The notes under the pieces: model-generated
What the model was told of the DNA's origin: nothing
What the model saw: only the letters and a program-made list of their open reading frames with translations
Database searches by the model: none
NCBI GenBank assembly: GCA_046582655.1
Contig: JAYGDX010000259.1
Location: 24,343-88,342, forward strand
DNA: 64,000 nt
Source of the DNA: Candidatus Poribacteria bacterium
Lineage (GTDB): Bacteria > Poribacteria > WGA-4E > UBA9662
Direction of reading: 5' to 3'
Translations under genes and position numbers: made by a program
Shown: positions 30,027-42,200 of the stretch, piece by piece
Layout: every line of letters begins with the position of its first letter
How positions within the stretch are numbered: position 1 is the stretch's first letter

Positions 30027-33000
30027 TCACTTCTTAATAACTATTTTTTGCCTGTCTGTATGGATTCCATTAACTCGCAGCATGACAAAATACATGCCGC
30101 TAGCAACGATATCACCATTCAGGTTTCGGCCGCTCCAGTAAGCAGCTCGATCTCTCGTACGATAACTGCCAGCAGATTTGGATCCAAGTTCAATTTGACG
30201 CACAATCTGACCGTCCAATGAATAGATCAAAATGGAGATATCTGCCAATATAGCGACGTCAAATGGAATCCAAGTATCAGGATTAAAAGGATTGGGGTAG
30301 TTTGGCAACAATCTAGATTTGGCTGGATGGAATTCTTCCACTTGTGCTAGGACCTGATCGATTAGTTTCGAGGCTAGTGCTACGGCGTTTGGATTACTGA
30401 ATTTTGAGGCGACTAGAATGAGGTCAAATAGGTCCACAATCCCGTCGGTATTTACGTCAGATTTCCCGTTGAATCCCTGATTGATTCTGTTTCCGAAATC
30501 CTTGGCAACAAGCACGAGATCAGTAATGTCCACAACACCATCATGATTTATATCCCATTTTAAAAAAACAGGTAGCTGAATTGCTGGGGTTATCCGACTC
30601 CAACTCCGGCTCTCAAGTTGCGCGTTATTAATTGCTTTTATTCTTCCGTAGTAATTACGTTCATGCTTCCCAACGAAGCTATAATTTGTTTTGCTACCAT
30701 CTATTTGTTCATCAACAATCAAGTCTAAGAATATGCGCGTGTCAGTATCAATCTGAACATGATAAAGTGCAATTCCACTCAAATCTTTAACTGGTTTCCA
30801 TTTTAGCGTAATTTGATTATTTGATGTTTCCCAACTGATGTTCGACACCATTTTTGGAGGAGAACTATCGATTCTAAATTCAAAGTGACTGGTCTCAGTC
30901 CAATATCCAAGCTGATCCTTGGCTCGAACGTGAACCCACCAAATCCCATCGTTGAGTCCAGAAAACTTTAACTTATTGTTTTTTACCATTAAATCCGGAA
31001 AATTGTCAGGGATGTTTTTGGGGCGATGATCAAGTACAAAACTATACTTCCGGCCATTTTGGTTTTCTGGGATGGTAACTAGGTCCATCTTGGGAGAATC
31101 GCTGCTATACCATCTATCTGATTTTGGGTGCGTCGTCGACGATATTTGTGGTGGTTGCAATGGTGTGTGATCAACTATAACGTATTTTGCGCTGTTAACT
31201 GTGCTCACCCCTCCATGTGAGTCCGTTGTGACTGAACGTAAGTGATATTTTCCGTCCTTAATAAAGATGGTTTGCCATGTATATGATTTTGTGTCGCTGG
31301 TGATGTTCTTTGTAATTAATTTGGCAAATTGATCATTGAGAGAGTCATTGTAATAATAAAGATCGATGGTAAAATCGTCCCCTTCTGGATCCTGTGCTTG
31401 CCAATCCACTTTGAAGGATTTGTCAGAAATCGCATTGTCGGTTGGTATAACGAACTTAAATTCTGGACTTGTGTTTGGCCGTGGCGGGGTATGGTGAACC
31501 TTATAAATCTCCTTTAAATTTAATATTTCAGGAAATTCAAGTTCCTGCCAGGCCACTGCAATGCCAATAATGTTCTTCGGTCTTCGCTCAACTAAAATTC
31601 GCCAAACTAAGTCAAATTTATCATCAATATTATCATCATCAATACCAAGGGTCATATCTATGGAATCCGAAGTGTCAAACACATCCCAAAGAATACTGGC
31701 TATAGTCCCTTCAACAACTGATCCATCTTTGTTTTGGCCTTTTCCGTTGTTACTGCCTGTCCACCAATTGTTTGCTTCAATGTTAGGGGTTGCCTCCCCC
31801 CATCTTCCGGTTACGTTTAGAGCACGGTCATCGACTGCGGCCTCGCAGAATTCAGCCCATCCTTCGCTAAAAGCAAATTCGAGGTCCGATACAGTTTCGA
31901 GTCGGTGTGGCATTTGATGATTTCCGCGCGGTACCTGTTCATATTGATAGTCATAAGCTGCCATCATAACGGAATGACCATATTCATGGTACATCGTGAC
32001 ATTACGCCATTGATCAACCCCAGCAGCAATTCTGATTTCTTCCCCAGTAATTTTACCTCCAAATTGATTGGCATAGTAATATGAAAAACGTCCTGAATCC
32101 GGCCAAACGACTCGGATGTGATCCCGACTCCAACCTAGCCGGTTTAGGAAAAAATTATGCGCTCTCTGGATGGCATCATAGATATTTCCGAGCGCGCGAT
32201 TCGGATTCCGATCATCCAGTACCACATCAATAACAACCTCCCCTTCTTCCACGTTTTGAATTATCTCCGACCTGATTTCGTAGATCTTCTTCCGGCGATC
32301 GCTTATGGATAACAAGTCATTACTGAATCGAACCCCAACGACCAAGTTGGGAATCTGATCCTTATCAAGTCCTGGAAGATCATTAAAAAAGTATGAACCT
32401 TGATCATCAGCGTACGTTTCCGCCACGATAATTTGGTTATTATATAGTATAACTTTCGAGTTTTGGATTGGTTTCTCGATTTTTTCATTGTCATTGAAAT
32501 AACTAACTTTTCCGTGAACGTTAACTTGACCAATTTGCTCAGCCCAATGCCGTTGTTTGACACGTGACTGTAAGATATCGCCTCCAGAAAATCGATCTGG
32601 AGGGTAGGTCAGGACTTCTGCAGATGCTGTAGATGAACGCAGATAAAGATAGAAATGCTCAGCAACTGGCCTGTTGTATAAGTCAGTAAAGTAGATAGAT
32701 GCTTGTAACGGGTATTGACCTGGTTTATCGACCAAAAAACTTACACGAAATTCCGTATCTGATCGAGTGGGCAAGTAAACATAGTCAAAGGCATCTGGTG
32801 ATTGAGGGGTGATTCCACGAGGCAGTCTGAACAGGACTTGACAGACGATATTCTTATTGAGATTTGAATCAATTGATAAAATCAGCGTAGTGTTTTCACC
32901 AACCCTCGGTGCATAAGCAAGTTCTAGATGACCGTTAACACTAGGGGAATAATGCCTGTATGCAGATATATTCGTGGGGCCCAAAGCTAACAGGAATAGG

Positions 33001-33032
33001 ACTATTAGAGAAAAAAAACGCACTTGAGTCAA
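30027..33032 (-). CDS. Secreted modular protein: putative gluzincin metallopeptidase, Ig/FN3 domains, dockerin and FlgD-Ig/T9SS-like C-terminal domain
   Basis: Signal peptide; HEYGH ... FSEGWAE; DINHDGVVDITDL / DVNTDGIVDLFDL; LLPNYPNPFNPDTWIPF. Confidence 0.8.
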   Translation of the reverse strand: MTQVRFFSLIVLFLLALGPTNISAYRHYSPSVNGHLELAYAPRVGENTTLILSIDSNLNKNIVCQVLFRLPRGITPQSPDAFDYVYLPTRSDTEFRVSFLVDKPGQYPLQASIYFTDLYNRPVAEHFYLYLRSSTASAEVLTYPPDRFSGGDILQSRVKQRHWAEQIGQVNVHGKVSYFNDNEKIEKPIQNSKVILYNNQIIVAETYADDQGSYFFNDLPGLDKDQIPNLVVGVRFSNDLLSISDRRKKIYEIRSEIIQNVEEGEVVIDVVLDDRNPNRALGNIYDAIQRAHNFFLNRLGWSRDHIRVVWPDSGRFSYYYANQFGGKITGEEIRIAAGVDQWRNVTMYHEYGHSVMMAAYDYQYEQVPRGNHQMPHRLETVSDLEFAFSEGWAEFCEAAVDDRALNVTGRWGEATPNIEANNWWTGSNNGKGQNKDGSVVEGTIASILWDVFDTSDSIDMTLGIDDDNIDDKFDLVWRILVERRPKNIIGIAVAWQELEFPEILNLKEIYKVHHTPPRPNTSPEFKFVIPTDNAISDKSFKVDWQAQDPEGDDFTIDLYYYNDSLNDQFAKLITKNITSDTKSYTWQTIFIKDGKYHLRSVTTDSHGGVSTVNSAKYVIVDHTPLQPPQISSTTHPKSDRWYSSDSPKMDLVTIPENQNGRKYSFVLDHRPKNIPDNFPDLMVKNNKLKFSGLNDGIWWVHVRAKDQLGYWTETSHFEFRIDSSPPKMVSNISWETSNNQITLKWKPVKDLSGIALYHVQIDTDTRIFLDLIVDEQIDGSKTNYSFVGKHERNYYGRIKAINNAQLESRSWSRITPAIQLPVFLKWDINHDGVVDITDLVLVAKDFGNRINQGFNGKSDVNTDGIVDLFDLILVASKFSNPNAVALASKLIDQVLAQVEEFHPAKSRLLPNYPNPFNPDTWIPFDVAILADISILIYSLDGQIVRQIELGSKSAGSYRTRDRAAYWSGRNLNGDIVASGMYFVMLRVNGIHTDRQKIVIKK

Positions 33033-33169
33033 TTCAATCTGAATTTAAGTATCACTCGAAACCTATATAGTTGGGAGAAGTACTTGCTTTACTAAACTTA
33101 ATGTTATCAAGTATACTTCACGTGTCAGAACGATTTCAATCTACATACCAAATAGACAAAGTTGAACCT

Positions 33170-34240
33170 ATGAACCACATTGATAAAATTGGCTTGATAG
33201 GTGTTGCTCACCCGCATTCTATCGCTCACCTGAAGACTCTTCGTTGGATAGATCAAATTGTGGATATACCAATCTACGATCCCGACGAATCTGCGATTCG
33301 CAATGCCAAAGAGGAAATTGGCGACAAAATCGGAGAAATATATACCGATCTCGACAGCTTACTTAACCGAACAGACGTGCCAATTATGTTCGTATGTCTG
33401 CGAAATGATCAAACTCCAGACGTCTTAATCAAATGTGCCGATGCAGCAAAGCATATCATTGTAGAAAAACCGGTTGCAACGTCGGCTGAAGCATTCAAAC
33501 CGGCACTTGATACAATTGAGAAAGCTGGTCTTAAAATGACGGTTTGTTTTCAGAACCGTTACCATCCGATGGTACAAGAGATCTTTAATTTAATCGGCGA
33601 AGGAATTTTGGGCACACCGATGTCAATTGAGATGCGGATGATTACATCCCAGGTTAGATTTCGCGATCCTGATCACTGGTTATTCCAGAAGGAACTTTCC
33701 GGTGGTGGCATTTTATCATGGTTAGGATGCCATTATCTAGACATGGCGTGTTACTTTATGCGAGACCGTGTCAGCGAAGTAAGTGCAATTGTGGCAACAA
33801 ACAGTGGAGAGTCAATCGATGTCGAAGATACTGCCTCGCTCTCTTTTCGATTTAGTAGTGGCTCAGTTGGCAGTCTGCACGTAGGTTATATGTTACCATT
33901 CAGTGGGTCGGGTTATATGGGGCCTAGCTACGACACGTACATTGCAATTCGTGGGACAAAAGGCAACATTGTATGGAATCCGTTTGAAATGGAAAAGCCA
34001 CTTACAGCTGAGAGTACGATAGTGGCATGGGAAACGTCACCGCATCGCGTTTTTCATCATCAGCTACCAGCATGTGATGCCTACGGTGGAATACACGGCG
34101 TAAAATTCGTGACTGATTTTTTAGACACAATTGCTTCTGAAAAGCAGCCAGCAGTGAGTGGTAACGATATGATGCACGTTTTGGAAATTCTAGATGCCGC
34201 TTACGAATCAGACGCAACCGGCAGAAGAATTAATATTTAG
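33170..34240 (+). CDS. Gfo/Idh/MocA oxidoreductase (probable start ATG 33170)
   Basis: IVEKP and GGGILSWLGCHYLD. Confidence 0.9.
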   Translation: MNHIDKIGLIGVAHPHSIAHLKTLRWIDQIVDIPIYDPDESAIRNAKEEIGDKIGEIYTDLDSLLNRTDVPIMFVCLRNDQTPDVLIKCADAAKHIIVEKPVATSAEAFKPALDTIEKAGLKMTVCFQNRYHPMVQEIFNLIGEGILGTPMSIEMRMITSQVRFRDPDHWLFQKELSGGGILSWLGCHYLDMACYFMRDRVSEVSAIVATNSGESIDVEDTASLSFRFSSGSVGSLHVGYMLPFSGSGYMGPSYDTYIAIRGTKGNIVWNPFEMEKPLTAESTIVAWETSPHRVFHHQLPACDAYGGIHGVKFVTDFLDTIASEKQPAVSGNDMMHVLEILDAAYESDATGRRINI

Positions 34241-35283
34241 TTACTGTCAGCTAATTCAAATGATTCTAGTTCAAATTCAATTTCGACGGTTATTTCTCCA
34301 CGTGTTTGCATTTGCGTAAACTTGACGAGACCCACGTCAGGTGCCAGCCATTTCTGTACAACCGTCTGGTCAAGGTCCTGATTGAACAATTTCCATGAGA
34401 AGGATTCTTGCACCTGAAAAACGCTATTGAAAGTTCCTGCAGGAACGGTTAAATTCTCCTCAGAAATGACCTCGAACTCATCTGAACCACCACCTATTGG
34501 GAAAAGCTCAGGTGTTAGTTTCGCTTGGAAGCTTTGTTGCCATTGGTTGCCGGGAATCAGTGGGAAACGATAAAGTGACAAAAAAGGTACAAACATGATA
34601 GTATCTTCTGTGCCAGAAGTAACATTTTGTGCGTACTGAAGTATCTCAATAGGTTTGTTGTTTTTGTCAACATTTCGACCTAGATAGGAAAAATTATAAA
34701 TCCGCCATTCCTGATCCTGGTTGGCAGGGTCAGCTAAATTTGGGTCATATTCTGGTAAATTTGGGTCGTATTTACTCAGCACGTAACTCGGAACAGTCCG
34801 GTTTTTTTCTAACTGAATTTGGATTTTATCAATAATCTCGAATACAATTTTGTTTTTCTTATTATGAACGTTGCTATAAGTCCATACATTGCCTACAGAA
34901 AGTGGGTAGTAATCACCAAGACGTGTTTTCCAGACCTGAATAATGAGTAATCCATTCGTTGATTTGCTTCCATCGCTGACGTTCACATTAATCTGAAAAC
35001 GTCTTTCTTCTTTTGGTGCAATCCAAGTAGCACCATTACCATCGCCCTGAATGGAGCCTCCTGTTGATGACCATCGGAAGAACATCGGGTCATCTTCGAT
35101 ATCATATGCTTCTAGGCGAATTGTGAGTTTTGATCCCGGTTCAACGATGTTTGATTCCGACTTAAGTAATTTAATCTTTGGGGCATAATTCTTATGTCGA
35201 TCTGAGATTTCATCGCTACAACTGGTTATAATAACTAGCCAGATCGTTAACAAAAGAAATATATACTGCTTAACAGCAAGCAT
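34237..35283 (-). CDS. Lipoprotein with a PKD/Ig-like domain and a C-terminal TVPAGTF beta domain
   Basis: Lipobox ITSC; DIEDDPMFFRWS; YYPLSVGNVWTY; LTVPAGTF ... WLAPDVGLVK. Confidence 0.7.
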   Translation of the reverse strand: MLAVKQYIFLLLTIWLVIITSCSDEISDRHKNYAPKIKLLKSESNIVEPGSKLTIRLEAYDIEDDPMFFRWSSTGGSIQGDGNGATWIAPKEERRFQINVNVSDGSKSTNGLLIIQVWKTRLGDYYPLSVGNVWTYSNVHNKKNKIVFEIIDKIQIQLEKNRTVPSYVLSKYDPNLPEYDPNLADPANQDQEWRIYNFSYLGRNVDKNNKPIEILQYAQNVTSGTEDTIMFVPFLSLYRFPLIPGNQWQQSFQAKLTPELFPIGGGSDEFEVISEENLTVPAGTFNSVFQVQESFSWKLFNQDLDQTVVQKWLAPDVGLVKFTQMQTRGEITVEIEFELESFELADSN

Positions 35284-35392
35284 CTAAAGCTCCTCGACGA
35301 AACCGCAGTTATTGAAACGCTCGTTTAATTAGGAAGATGACAGATGATACGTGAATTACATTTTGGCAAGAATTTAGTAAGCAGGAGATGGA

Positions 35393-35917
35393 TTGATGAT
35401 AATGCTGGTCGACGGATACAATCTATTACATAACCTTCCAGAGTGCACTTATGATCTAAAACATGATCTTGAAGCTACGAGGGATTACTTAATTGGTAAA
35501 CTTAGTCGCTATGCCTCTGACTATGATGTAGAGGTGAGGGTGGTCTTTGACGCCCATTATACCAATCATCTGAAAACTTCGATTAAGAAACAAGTGGGAA
35601 TCAGAATTGTTTACACAAAAACTGATGAAACAGCAGATAACTACATTATCAACTGGATCAAAAAGTACCACCAAGGTAAATACATTGAAGTAATAACTTC
35701 TGATCAAGGACTAAGTCGAGCTGTTAAACAGTTGGGTGTCACCACCCGCAAGACAATCGAATTTGACGATACTTGCAGTCAGTCGAATTCTGTTTTGGGT
35801 CAAAAAAGAAAACTTGGTTCTGCCATATTAAACAGCGAACCATTGCTTGGGGATCGGATTGGAAAATCAGCTTTTAATGACTTGAAAGAGCTGAAACGAA
35901 AACTGGAAGGGAAATAA
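35393..35917 (+). CDS. NYN-domain ribonuclease (YacP/Rae1-like)
   Basis: LVDGYNL, VVFD, TADNYI and VITSD. Confidence 0.88.
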   Translation: MMIMLVDGYNLLHNLPECTYDLKHDLEATRDYLIGKLSRYASDYDVEVRVVFDAHYTNHLKTSIKKQVGIRIVYTKTDETADNYIINWIKKYHQGKYIEVITSDQGLSRAVKQLGVTTRKTIEFDDTCSQSNSVLGQKRKLGSAILNSEPLLGDRIGKSAFNDLKELKRKLEGK

Positions 35918-35920
35918 ATG

Positions 35921-37453
35921 TCATCCTCCAATGTTTAACTCGCGGATTAGCCGGGATAGGTAGGTCCGCTGAATATCCAAAACCTCGGCCGTTTTGGATC
36001 GATTACCGTCATTCTGTGCTAACATATATTGGATGTATTGTTTCTTGAATCCCCGTTGGGCATCTTCCAGTGCCAAAGTCTTGTTGGGTATTTCACTCTT
36101 ACTCCAATTTTTACGCAGGCTCAGTGGTAAATCTTCCACTTGGATTTCTTCATCTTTTCCCAACACCACAGCATGCTCAATAGCATTCTGTAGTTCACGA
36201 ACGTTTCCAGGCCACGTATGGGTCATCAGGATTTGAACAGCGTCTGGACTAAATCCAGTTTTCATCCGTTTCATTTCCCAACTATATTTATTCAAAAAAT
36301 GTGACGCCAATCTTAGTATATCTTCAATTCGTTCGTGAAGCGTCGGTAATCCAATCGTAATCACGTTCAATCGATAATATAGATCTTCACGGAAACTGCC
36401 CTGTTTTATCTTTGATTCAATATCTTGGTTGGTAGCCGAAATGATACGAGCATCGCAATTGATTGGCGCTGTTCCACCGACTCGGTAAATTTGTTGGTCT
36501 TGCAAGACTCGCAATAACTTCGCTTGCAGACCAATCTGCATATCTCCAATCTCATCCAGAAACAGAGTGCCTTGGTTGGCCAGTTCAAACCGACCTTCCT
36601 TGCGACTTGTCGCACCAGTAAAAGCACCTCTCTCATGGCCAAAAAGTTCACTTTCAAGAAGATTGTCGGGTAAAGCCGCACAATTGACTGGAATAAAGGG
36701 CTTTTTTGCTCTTGAGCTTGCGTTGTGAATAGATTGCGCAATTATTTCCTTACCTGTACCACTTTCCCCACGGAGCAAAACAGTTGAACTTGTCTGAGCA
36801 ACTCGCTCTGAGAGTTCTAATACCTTACGCATCTTTGGGCTAGATCCAATGATATCTTGAAACTGTGTATGGTTTGTCCCTAGTTCATATCGCAGCGTTT
36901 GGTTTTCACGCTGTAGAAAATTATGTAGATGCGCATTTTCCAACGCGATCCCGGCCGCATTAGCTACAACTTCAGTCAGATATAAATTTTCTTCGGAAAA
37001 AGGCTGACTATCAGCTTTGTTTAACAGTTGAATCGCACCAATAATCCGATCTCGTGTCATGATCGGGACGCACATCATCGTTGTCGCAGCAAAATCCAGC
37101 TTCTCGGCGATGGATATAGCGTGCTCCTTTTCTTTTCGGGCATCTTGTGTAATTAGGGAGGTTCCTTCTTTCACAACAGATCCAACTATGCCTTCACCTA
37201 TTTCAAGAACAATTTCTTTGATTTCTTCGCTCTTTTCACCAGTTGCCGTTGCGACGTTAAGTCGTTGCTTATCATCATCAAGTAACCATATTGAACTTGC
37301 ACTTGCTTCCACCACAGTAGCCAATTCTGATAAGACCAAATCAAGGATCTCTTGTATGTCCAGAGAGGAATTAACCGTGTGGCTAATATCAAGCAAAGCA
37401 TGATATTGGCCTGACGATATACAATCAACAATTTGCTCTTTTCTGTCTACCAT
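35921..37453 (-). CDS. Sigma54-dependent activator, GAF-AAA-HTH (probable start ATG 37453)
   Basis: GAF domain, [22 protein letters not shown] and a Fis-type HTH. Confidence 0.95.
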   Translation of the reverse strand: MVDRKEQIVDCISSGQYHALLDISHTVNSSLDIQEILDLVLSELATVVEASASSIWLLDDDKQRLNVATATGEKSEEIKEIVLEIGEGIVGSVVKEGTSLITQDARKEKEHAISIAEKLDFAATTMMCVPIMTRDRIIGAIQLLNKADSQPFSEENLYLTEVVANAAGIALENAHLHNFLQRENQTLRYELGTNHTQFQDIIGSSPKMRKVLELSERVAQTSSTVLLRGESGTGKEIIAQSIHNASSRAKKPFIPVNCAALPDNLLESELFGHERGAFTGATSRKEGRFELANQGTLFLDEIGDMQIGLQAKLLRVLQDQQIYRVGGTAPINCDARIISATNQDIESKIKQGSFREDLYYRLNVITIGLPTLHERIEDILRLASHFLNKYSWEMKRMKTGFSPDAVQILMTHTWPGNVRELQNAIEHAVVLGKDEEIQVEDLPLSLRKNWSKSEIPNKTLALEDAQRGFKKQYIQYMLAQNDGNRSKTAEVLDIQRTYLSRLIRELNIGG

Positions 37454-37601
37454 GGATATCCCCCCTAACCAACACAATTCCTAACTAAGTATAGCAAAAT
37501 CAGTTTGCCAAAGCAAGCTTAGAAACCACAGGTCCTCTGGATGATTAGGAAACTTAATGTTCGGTACGATTACCGTAAATTCTGATATATCTTGTTCATT
37601 G

Positions 37602-37633
37602 CTTGTAGGTTCTCTATCTTGTAGGTTCTCTAT
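37602..37633. repeat. 16-bp direct tandem repeat x2 in the divergent intergenic region
   Basis: CTTGTAGGTTCTCTAT twice. Confidence 0.85.
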
Positions 37634-37999
37634 GTTATTGTCCAATATCCCATGTTGTAGAGAAGGGGTTCTTCTAAAGATTTTTAATTTGTGGGAACCT
37701 TAGATAGTCTCATTCTTCAAAGAACATAATGGTTGAACCCAAATCTGTTTATACGATATAATATAAACTATAGTTCAGAGGTAGATATATGACCGTGCGA
37801 AGCTCCAGTTTTTCATTTTCTGATTTGTTTTTTTCAGGTTTTCGGTTCCTTGATCATTTGATGATTCATATTCGGTATTAATGCACATAAAATTTCAATG
37901 GTTGCTATTTGGATCTATTGATTTTTGCTTGTGATTTTGCGATTGTTCTATTCTCGATAAATCATTGATGGTTCGCCTCTATTCTGAATTACGGAGCTT

Positions 38000-39121
38000 A
38001 TGGGCAAAATTAGTGTCTTGTATTTGACTTTGTATGGGTCTCGAGTTGGTGGTGGTGAAGTACAGTATGAGTATTTAATTAAAGGGCTGGATCGGAAAAG
38101 ATTTCATCCGATTGTCATTTGTCCGAGTCGGGGAGATCTTGTAGAAAGTTTCATTTCAGAAGGAATCCCAACACATATCCTTAAACTGCCAAGATGGTTG
38201 CACATTCAATCGATTCTTACAAAAAGACTCGCAACTCAAAAAATAGTCCGATTTGCAAGAGAAGCAGACATTGATCTTATTCATTCAGATTACCGGATGA
38301 ATCCTTATATGCTTGCTGTCCGCCGAGAGCTTTCTATACCAAATGTTTTTCATGTCCGAAGCAACATGCGTGAAAAACATGCAAAATGTTACTCTCTCAG
38401 GCAGGCATCTTCAGCGGTTTCAATTGGCTATAAATATCGAGATGCACTTATTCAGGATGGCATGCCGGAAGAGAAAATTGAAGTCATTTTCGATGCCGTC
38501 GACATCAGCAAATTTAAGCCGGAAAGATCGAAGACAAACATTCTCGTGCAGGAGTATGCACCTAATGCCAAAATGTTAGTTGGACTTGTCGGGCGTATTG
38601 AATTAGCCAAACGACAACTTGATTTTCTCAGGATTGCAAAAGATATACTTTCATCCGGTCGAGAAGCACATTTTTTTGTCATTGGTGATATTTATTCTAA
38701 GCAATATCTCTATAAGCTAAAAGCTTTTTGTGCCCAAAATGAGCTTAATGCACACGTCACCTTTGCGGGACGACGGAACGACATGCCGGCTGTGCTGGCA
38801 TCCCTCGATTGCTTGGTAACACTTTCAGGTGGATCAGTTATGATTGAAGCCATGGCATGTAGCATCCCGGTTATCTTCGCCACTTCAACTGATCCATCAA
38901 AATTGCACATTGTACAACATAACGAAACTGGCATTGTTGTACCGGAGACGAGTCTTAACTTCGTTACAAAGGCAGTCATTGCTCTGATTGATAATCCGAA
39001 TTTACGGAGTACATATGGGATTGCTGGGCGTCAACGCGTTGAAACACACTTTAGTGTTACCCAGATGATCCAGAAGACAGAAGAGGTATATCAGAAGTTA
39101 GTTTCCTCAAAGAACTCGTAA
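38000..39121 (+). CDS. Glycosyltransferase family 4
   Basis: GGGE, VGRI...KRQ, IEAMACSIPVI and ETG. Confidence 0.9.
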   Translation: MGKISVLYLTLYGSRVGGGEVQYEYLIKGLDRKRFHPIVICPSRGDLVESFISEGIPTHILKLPRWLHIQSILTKRLATQKIVRFAREADIDLIHSDYRMNPYMLAVRRELSIPNVFHVRSNMREKHAKCYSLRQASSAVSIGYKYRDALIQDGMPEEKIEVIFDAVDISKFKPERSKTNILVQEYAPNAKMLVGLVGRIELAKRQLDFLRIAKDILSSGREAHFFVIGDIYSKQYLYKLKAFCAQNELNAHVTFAGRRNDMPAVLASLDCLVTLSGGSVMIEAMACSIPVIFATSTDPSKLHIVQHNETGIVVPETSLNFVTKAVIALIDNPNLRSTYGIAGRQRVETHFSVTQMIQKTEEVYQKLVSSKNS

Positions 39122-39292
39122 TCAATCACCAAAATGTAGGTAATGGATTAATGATCTCAGATTTGGCGAACCTACTAGTTGGGTTTTAAGTTTACAAAAC
39201 GTTAAAATTATACTTCTGTTGCCAGTTAGTTCGATCAAGTGTAGAGGTTTGAAATTATTTGGTATTTAATATTAACCTGAGGAGAGAATAGT

Positions 39293-42200
39293 TTGAGAAT
39301 CTTGAGAATCTTGGCAACCTTAGTTCTTGTGCCTGCAATTTCTTGGGCACAGAATCCTCTGATTGAAAATGGATCATTTGAGTTTGGTACTGAATCTCCG
39401 CAAGGGTGGGGACTTTCAAATGAGGCCTTCGGTAAATGGGAACTTTTTGGTGAAACAGGAGAACGTTGCATTTCAATTAGGGGGGATGGGAAGCCGGGAG
39501 ATCTTTCCTTTTGGCGATCTTCAACAAGTTCGATTTTGCCGCACCAAGTTTACCGCTTGAACTTCTCGGTGAAGGGATCAGCAGAAGCTGACGGTGGGAC
39601 TGCCGTGGTAGGGTCAAATCTTATAACACGTGATTTAGTTGTCGGAACAGATTGGCAACGGCATGAATTGATATTTACAACGCCTATCAATACACTTGGC
39701 GCTTTCCTTCGCTTTGGCCAATATGAAACTAAAGGGAAGATTTTCTTCGATGATGTTGGTTTGATTGATATTACTCCGATCCCTCGTACAAGACACGATT
39801 TAGATCTAGGTGAAGGGGAATTAATTCACGGCGGGATATATACTTTCCGGCCAGATTATACCAGTATGACCAGTAACACATCACGGAATTTGGTCAGACA
39901 TAGCGCCTATTTCAACACTGACCGCTGGATTTTGCCAAAAGATTCAGAGATCGTTTATCGGCATGATTTGCCTGGCTATCAGCAGATCGAAGGGGCGATA
40001 AGTGTCCAGGCCAATGTACACGATGGAGGCGAATGTATTGTTGAAATAGGAGTAGATGAAAGTAACTGGACAGTTGTTGGTAAGGTCAGCCAATCTGGCA
40101 CTCAAACTTTCTTACTTCTAGACGATATTCTTCCAGCTGAAGATATTTATGTGCGCTTGCGTTCAACTAATAAGGCCGAAGTCCTGAGTTATGAGTACCG
40201 AAGTGAAATTGATGATGCTGAGCTTGATCTAATAGGAGAAACCCACTACGCTGAGGTCAGTATTCCGTTTAATTCAGTAGCTGTCGAATTTGAAACGGTT
40301 GGTGACTTAAAAACAGGCGATAAATACAATGAAGTAAGTCTGTTGATTGCCAACCTTCAAGACTTCGCAGTTGAATTAGAAACCTCTCTTGCTATTCAAA
40401 AAAAGGGTGATGGGGAAGCCAAACATTTTGGGACTAAAGTGGTGTACATCGGTTTTTCCGAAACTTGGCGTGTGCGGTGGCCGAGTTATGAGCTCATTGA
40501 AGCCACTGACTATGTGATGACTGTTCAGATAAAAGATATTTTTAATGGTGACACAGTCTATAAGGCTATACTTCCATTTAGTGTCTCCTCGCTTTATGAT
40601 GCCAATTTTGGAATATTGCTTGGACAGACTGAAACTGTGGGGGCTATCTGGTGGACAGATGGTGCAAATAAAATCAGCCGTGACCGCGCTATACCTAAAA
40701 GGGTTGAATCGCTGGTTAGGTTGTCTGCTGCCAAGAATGAGTCCGAATCGTTTCAGTTGGTTATTACCCCTGACCGGTCTTTGAACCAGTTACGTGTCCA
40801 ATCCAGCAGTCTAATTTATAATACTAATGAAATACCAGCTGCGAATGTAGAATTAGCAACAGTTAACTACGTTCTGGTACAGAATCCGACGGACGAGAGT
40901 GGTTCAAGAGGATATTGGCCAGATCCGATTCTTCCTCACAACCAACCGGTACAACTGAATCCGGGGCAGAACTATCCGTTCTGGATTACTATCCGGGTGC
41001 CGAAAGGCATTGCCGCGGGAAAGTACCGGGGATCGATATCAATTACCGGTGCCATGGGGCCACCTCCCCCACCTAAAGTTGCTAAGGAACAGGTTGAGAC
41101 GCAACAAGTTACTCAAACCGTCCGTGGCGTACAAAAAGATAGTGATTGCGAGAATTTCTCAGGAGAAATGGGATCAGATCTTGAGTTAGAACAGTTTTTT
41201 GCTGCTTCTAACTTGGCTAAACGGGATTCTAACCCTGAGGAAGGAGCCTTGTGGTCTGAAACTTTTGAAATTGAACTACAGGTTTGGGATTTTGAGTTGT
41301 CTGACGATACCCACATTCAGTCCGCTTTTGGAATTGATCCCGATAGTATTAGGCAGTACCATCACCTTGAAAATCAAGGTGAGCTTGAGACGGTTTTAGG
41401 TAAGTACTATCAAAATTTTGCAGATCATCGCATCTCACCAATAAATCCGATGGCGTTGCATCCAATTCAAACTGACTTTGAAGGTCACTGGTGGGAAGGT
41501 GGTGAAATTATCGACACAGATAAAGCTGAAGGTCTTTTCAGCATACGAGTTGAGGACGGTCATAAGGATCGAGATTCTTTCGCAATCGGCAAAAAACTGA
41601 TTTCGGTGGATTCAACCAAAACTTATGAATTTGGTTTTTTCGTAAAAACTGCTGAGAAGAGGCAACCGTACGAGGTCAACATTCTATGTTATGATAAGAA
41701 TGGAAAGATTTTGCGTGAGGTTTCATTTGATTATGTCGGGCGTGGCATCTGGCAAAAGGAAGAAATACGTATTGGCTCTTTACCGCAGGGGACAGAATCA
41801 ATAACAGTGAAACTTTCACCTGTTCAATTGACGGATTCTGGAGTGGAAACCGGTATTGCCTGGTTTGATCGATTATCGTTATATGAAGCATCGCAAAGCA
41901 TGAATCTAATCCCTGATCCTAATTTTGAAAGATTGATTTCTGATTGGAATATAACTCTGGATACAGCGAGTTTTGAATTGGCTGCCAGAAATTACGTCGA
42001 TGGATTACGATTTAATGCTTTCCAAATTCCGCTGGAAGGATCAGGATTCAGCAATTCTTACGAAAGAACTGTCGGAGTCATTGAAAATTATGAATCAGGG
42101 TCGTCTGAATATGAAGTTCTTTTTTCGGGCTATTTAGCCAAACTGGAGAACTATCTTGAACAGAATGGTTGGTTAGACAAGGCCTATGTATTTTGGTTTG

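Noticed and set aside
37494..37511. Sigma54 promoter TGGCAAACTGATTTTGC upstream of the activator
   Set aside because: GG-to-GC spacing is 12 rather than 10; a sigma70-type TTGCTT-17-TATACT fits better.
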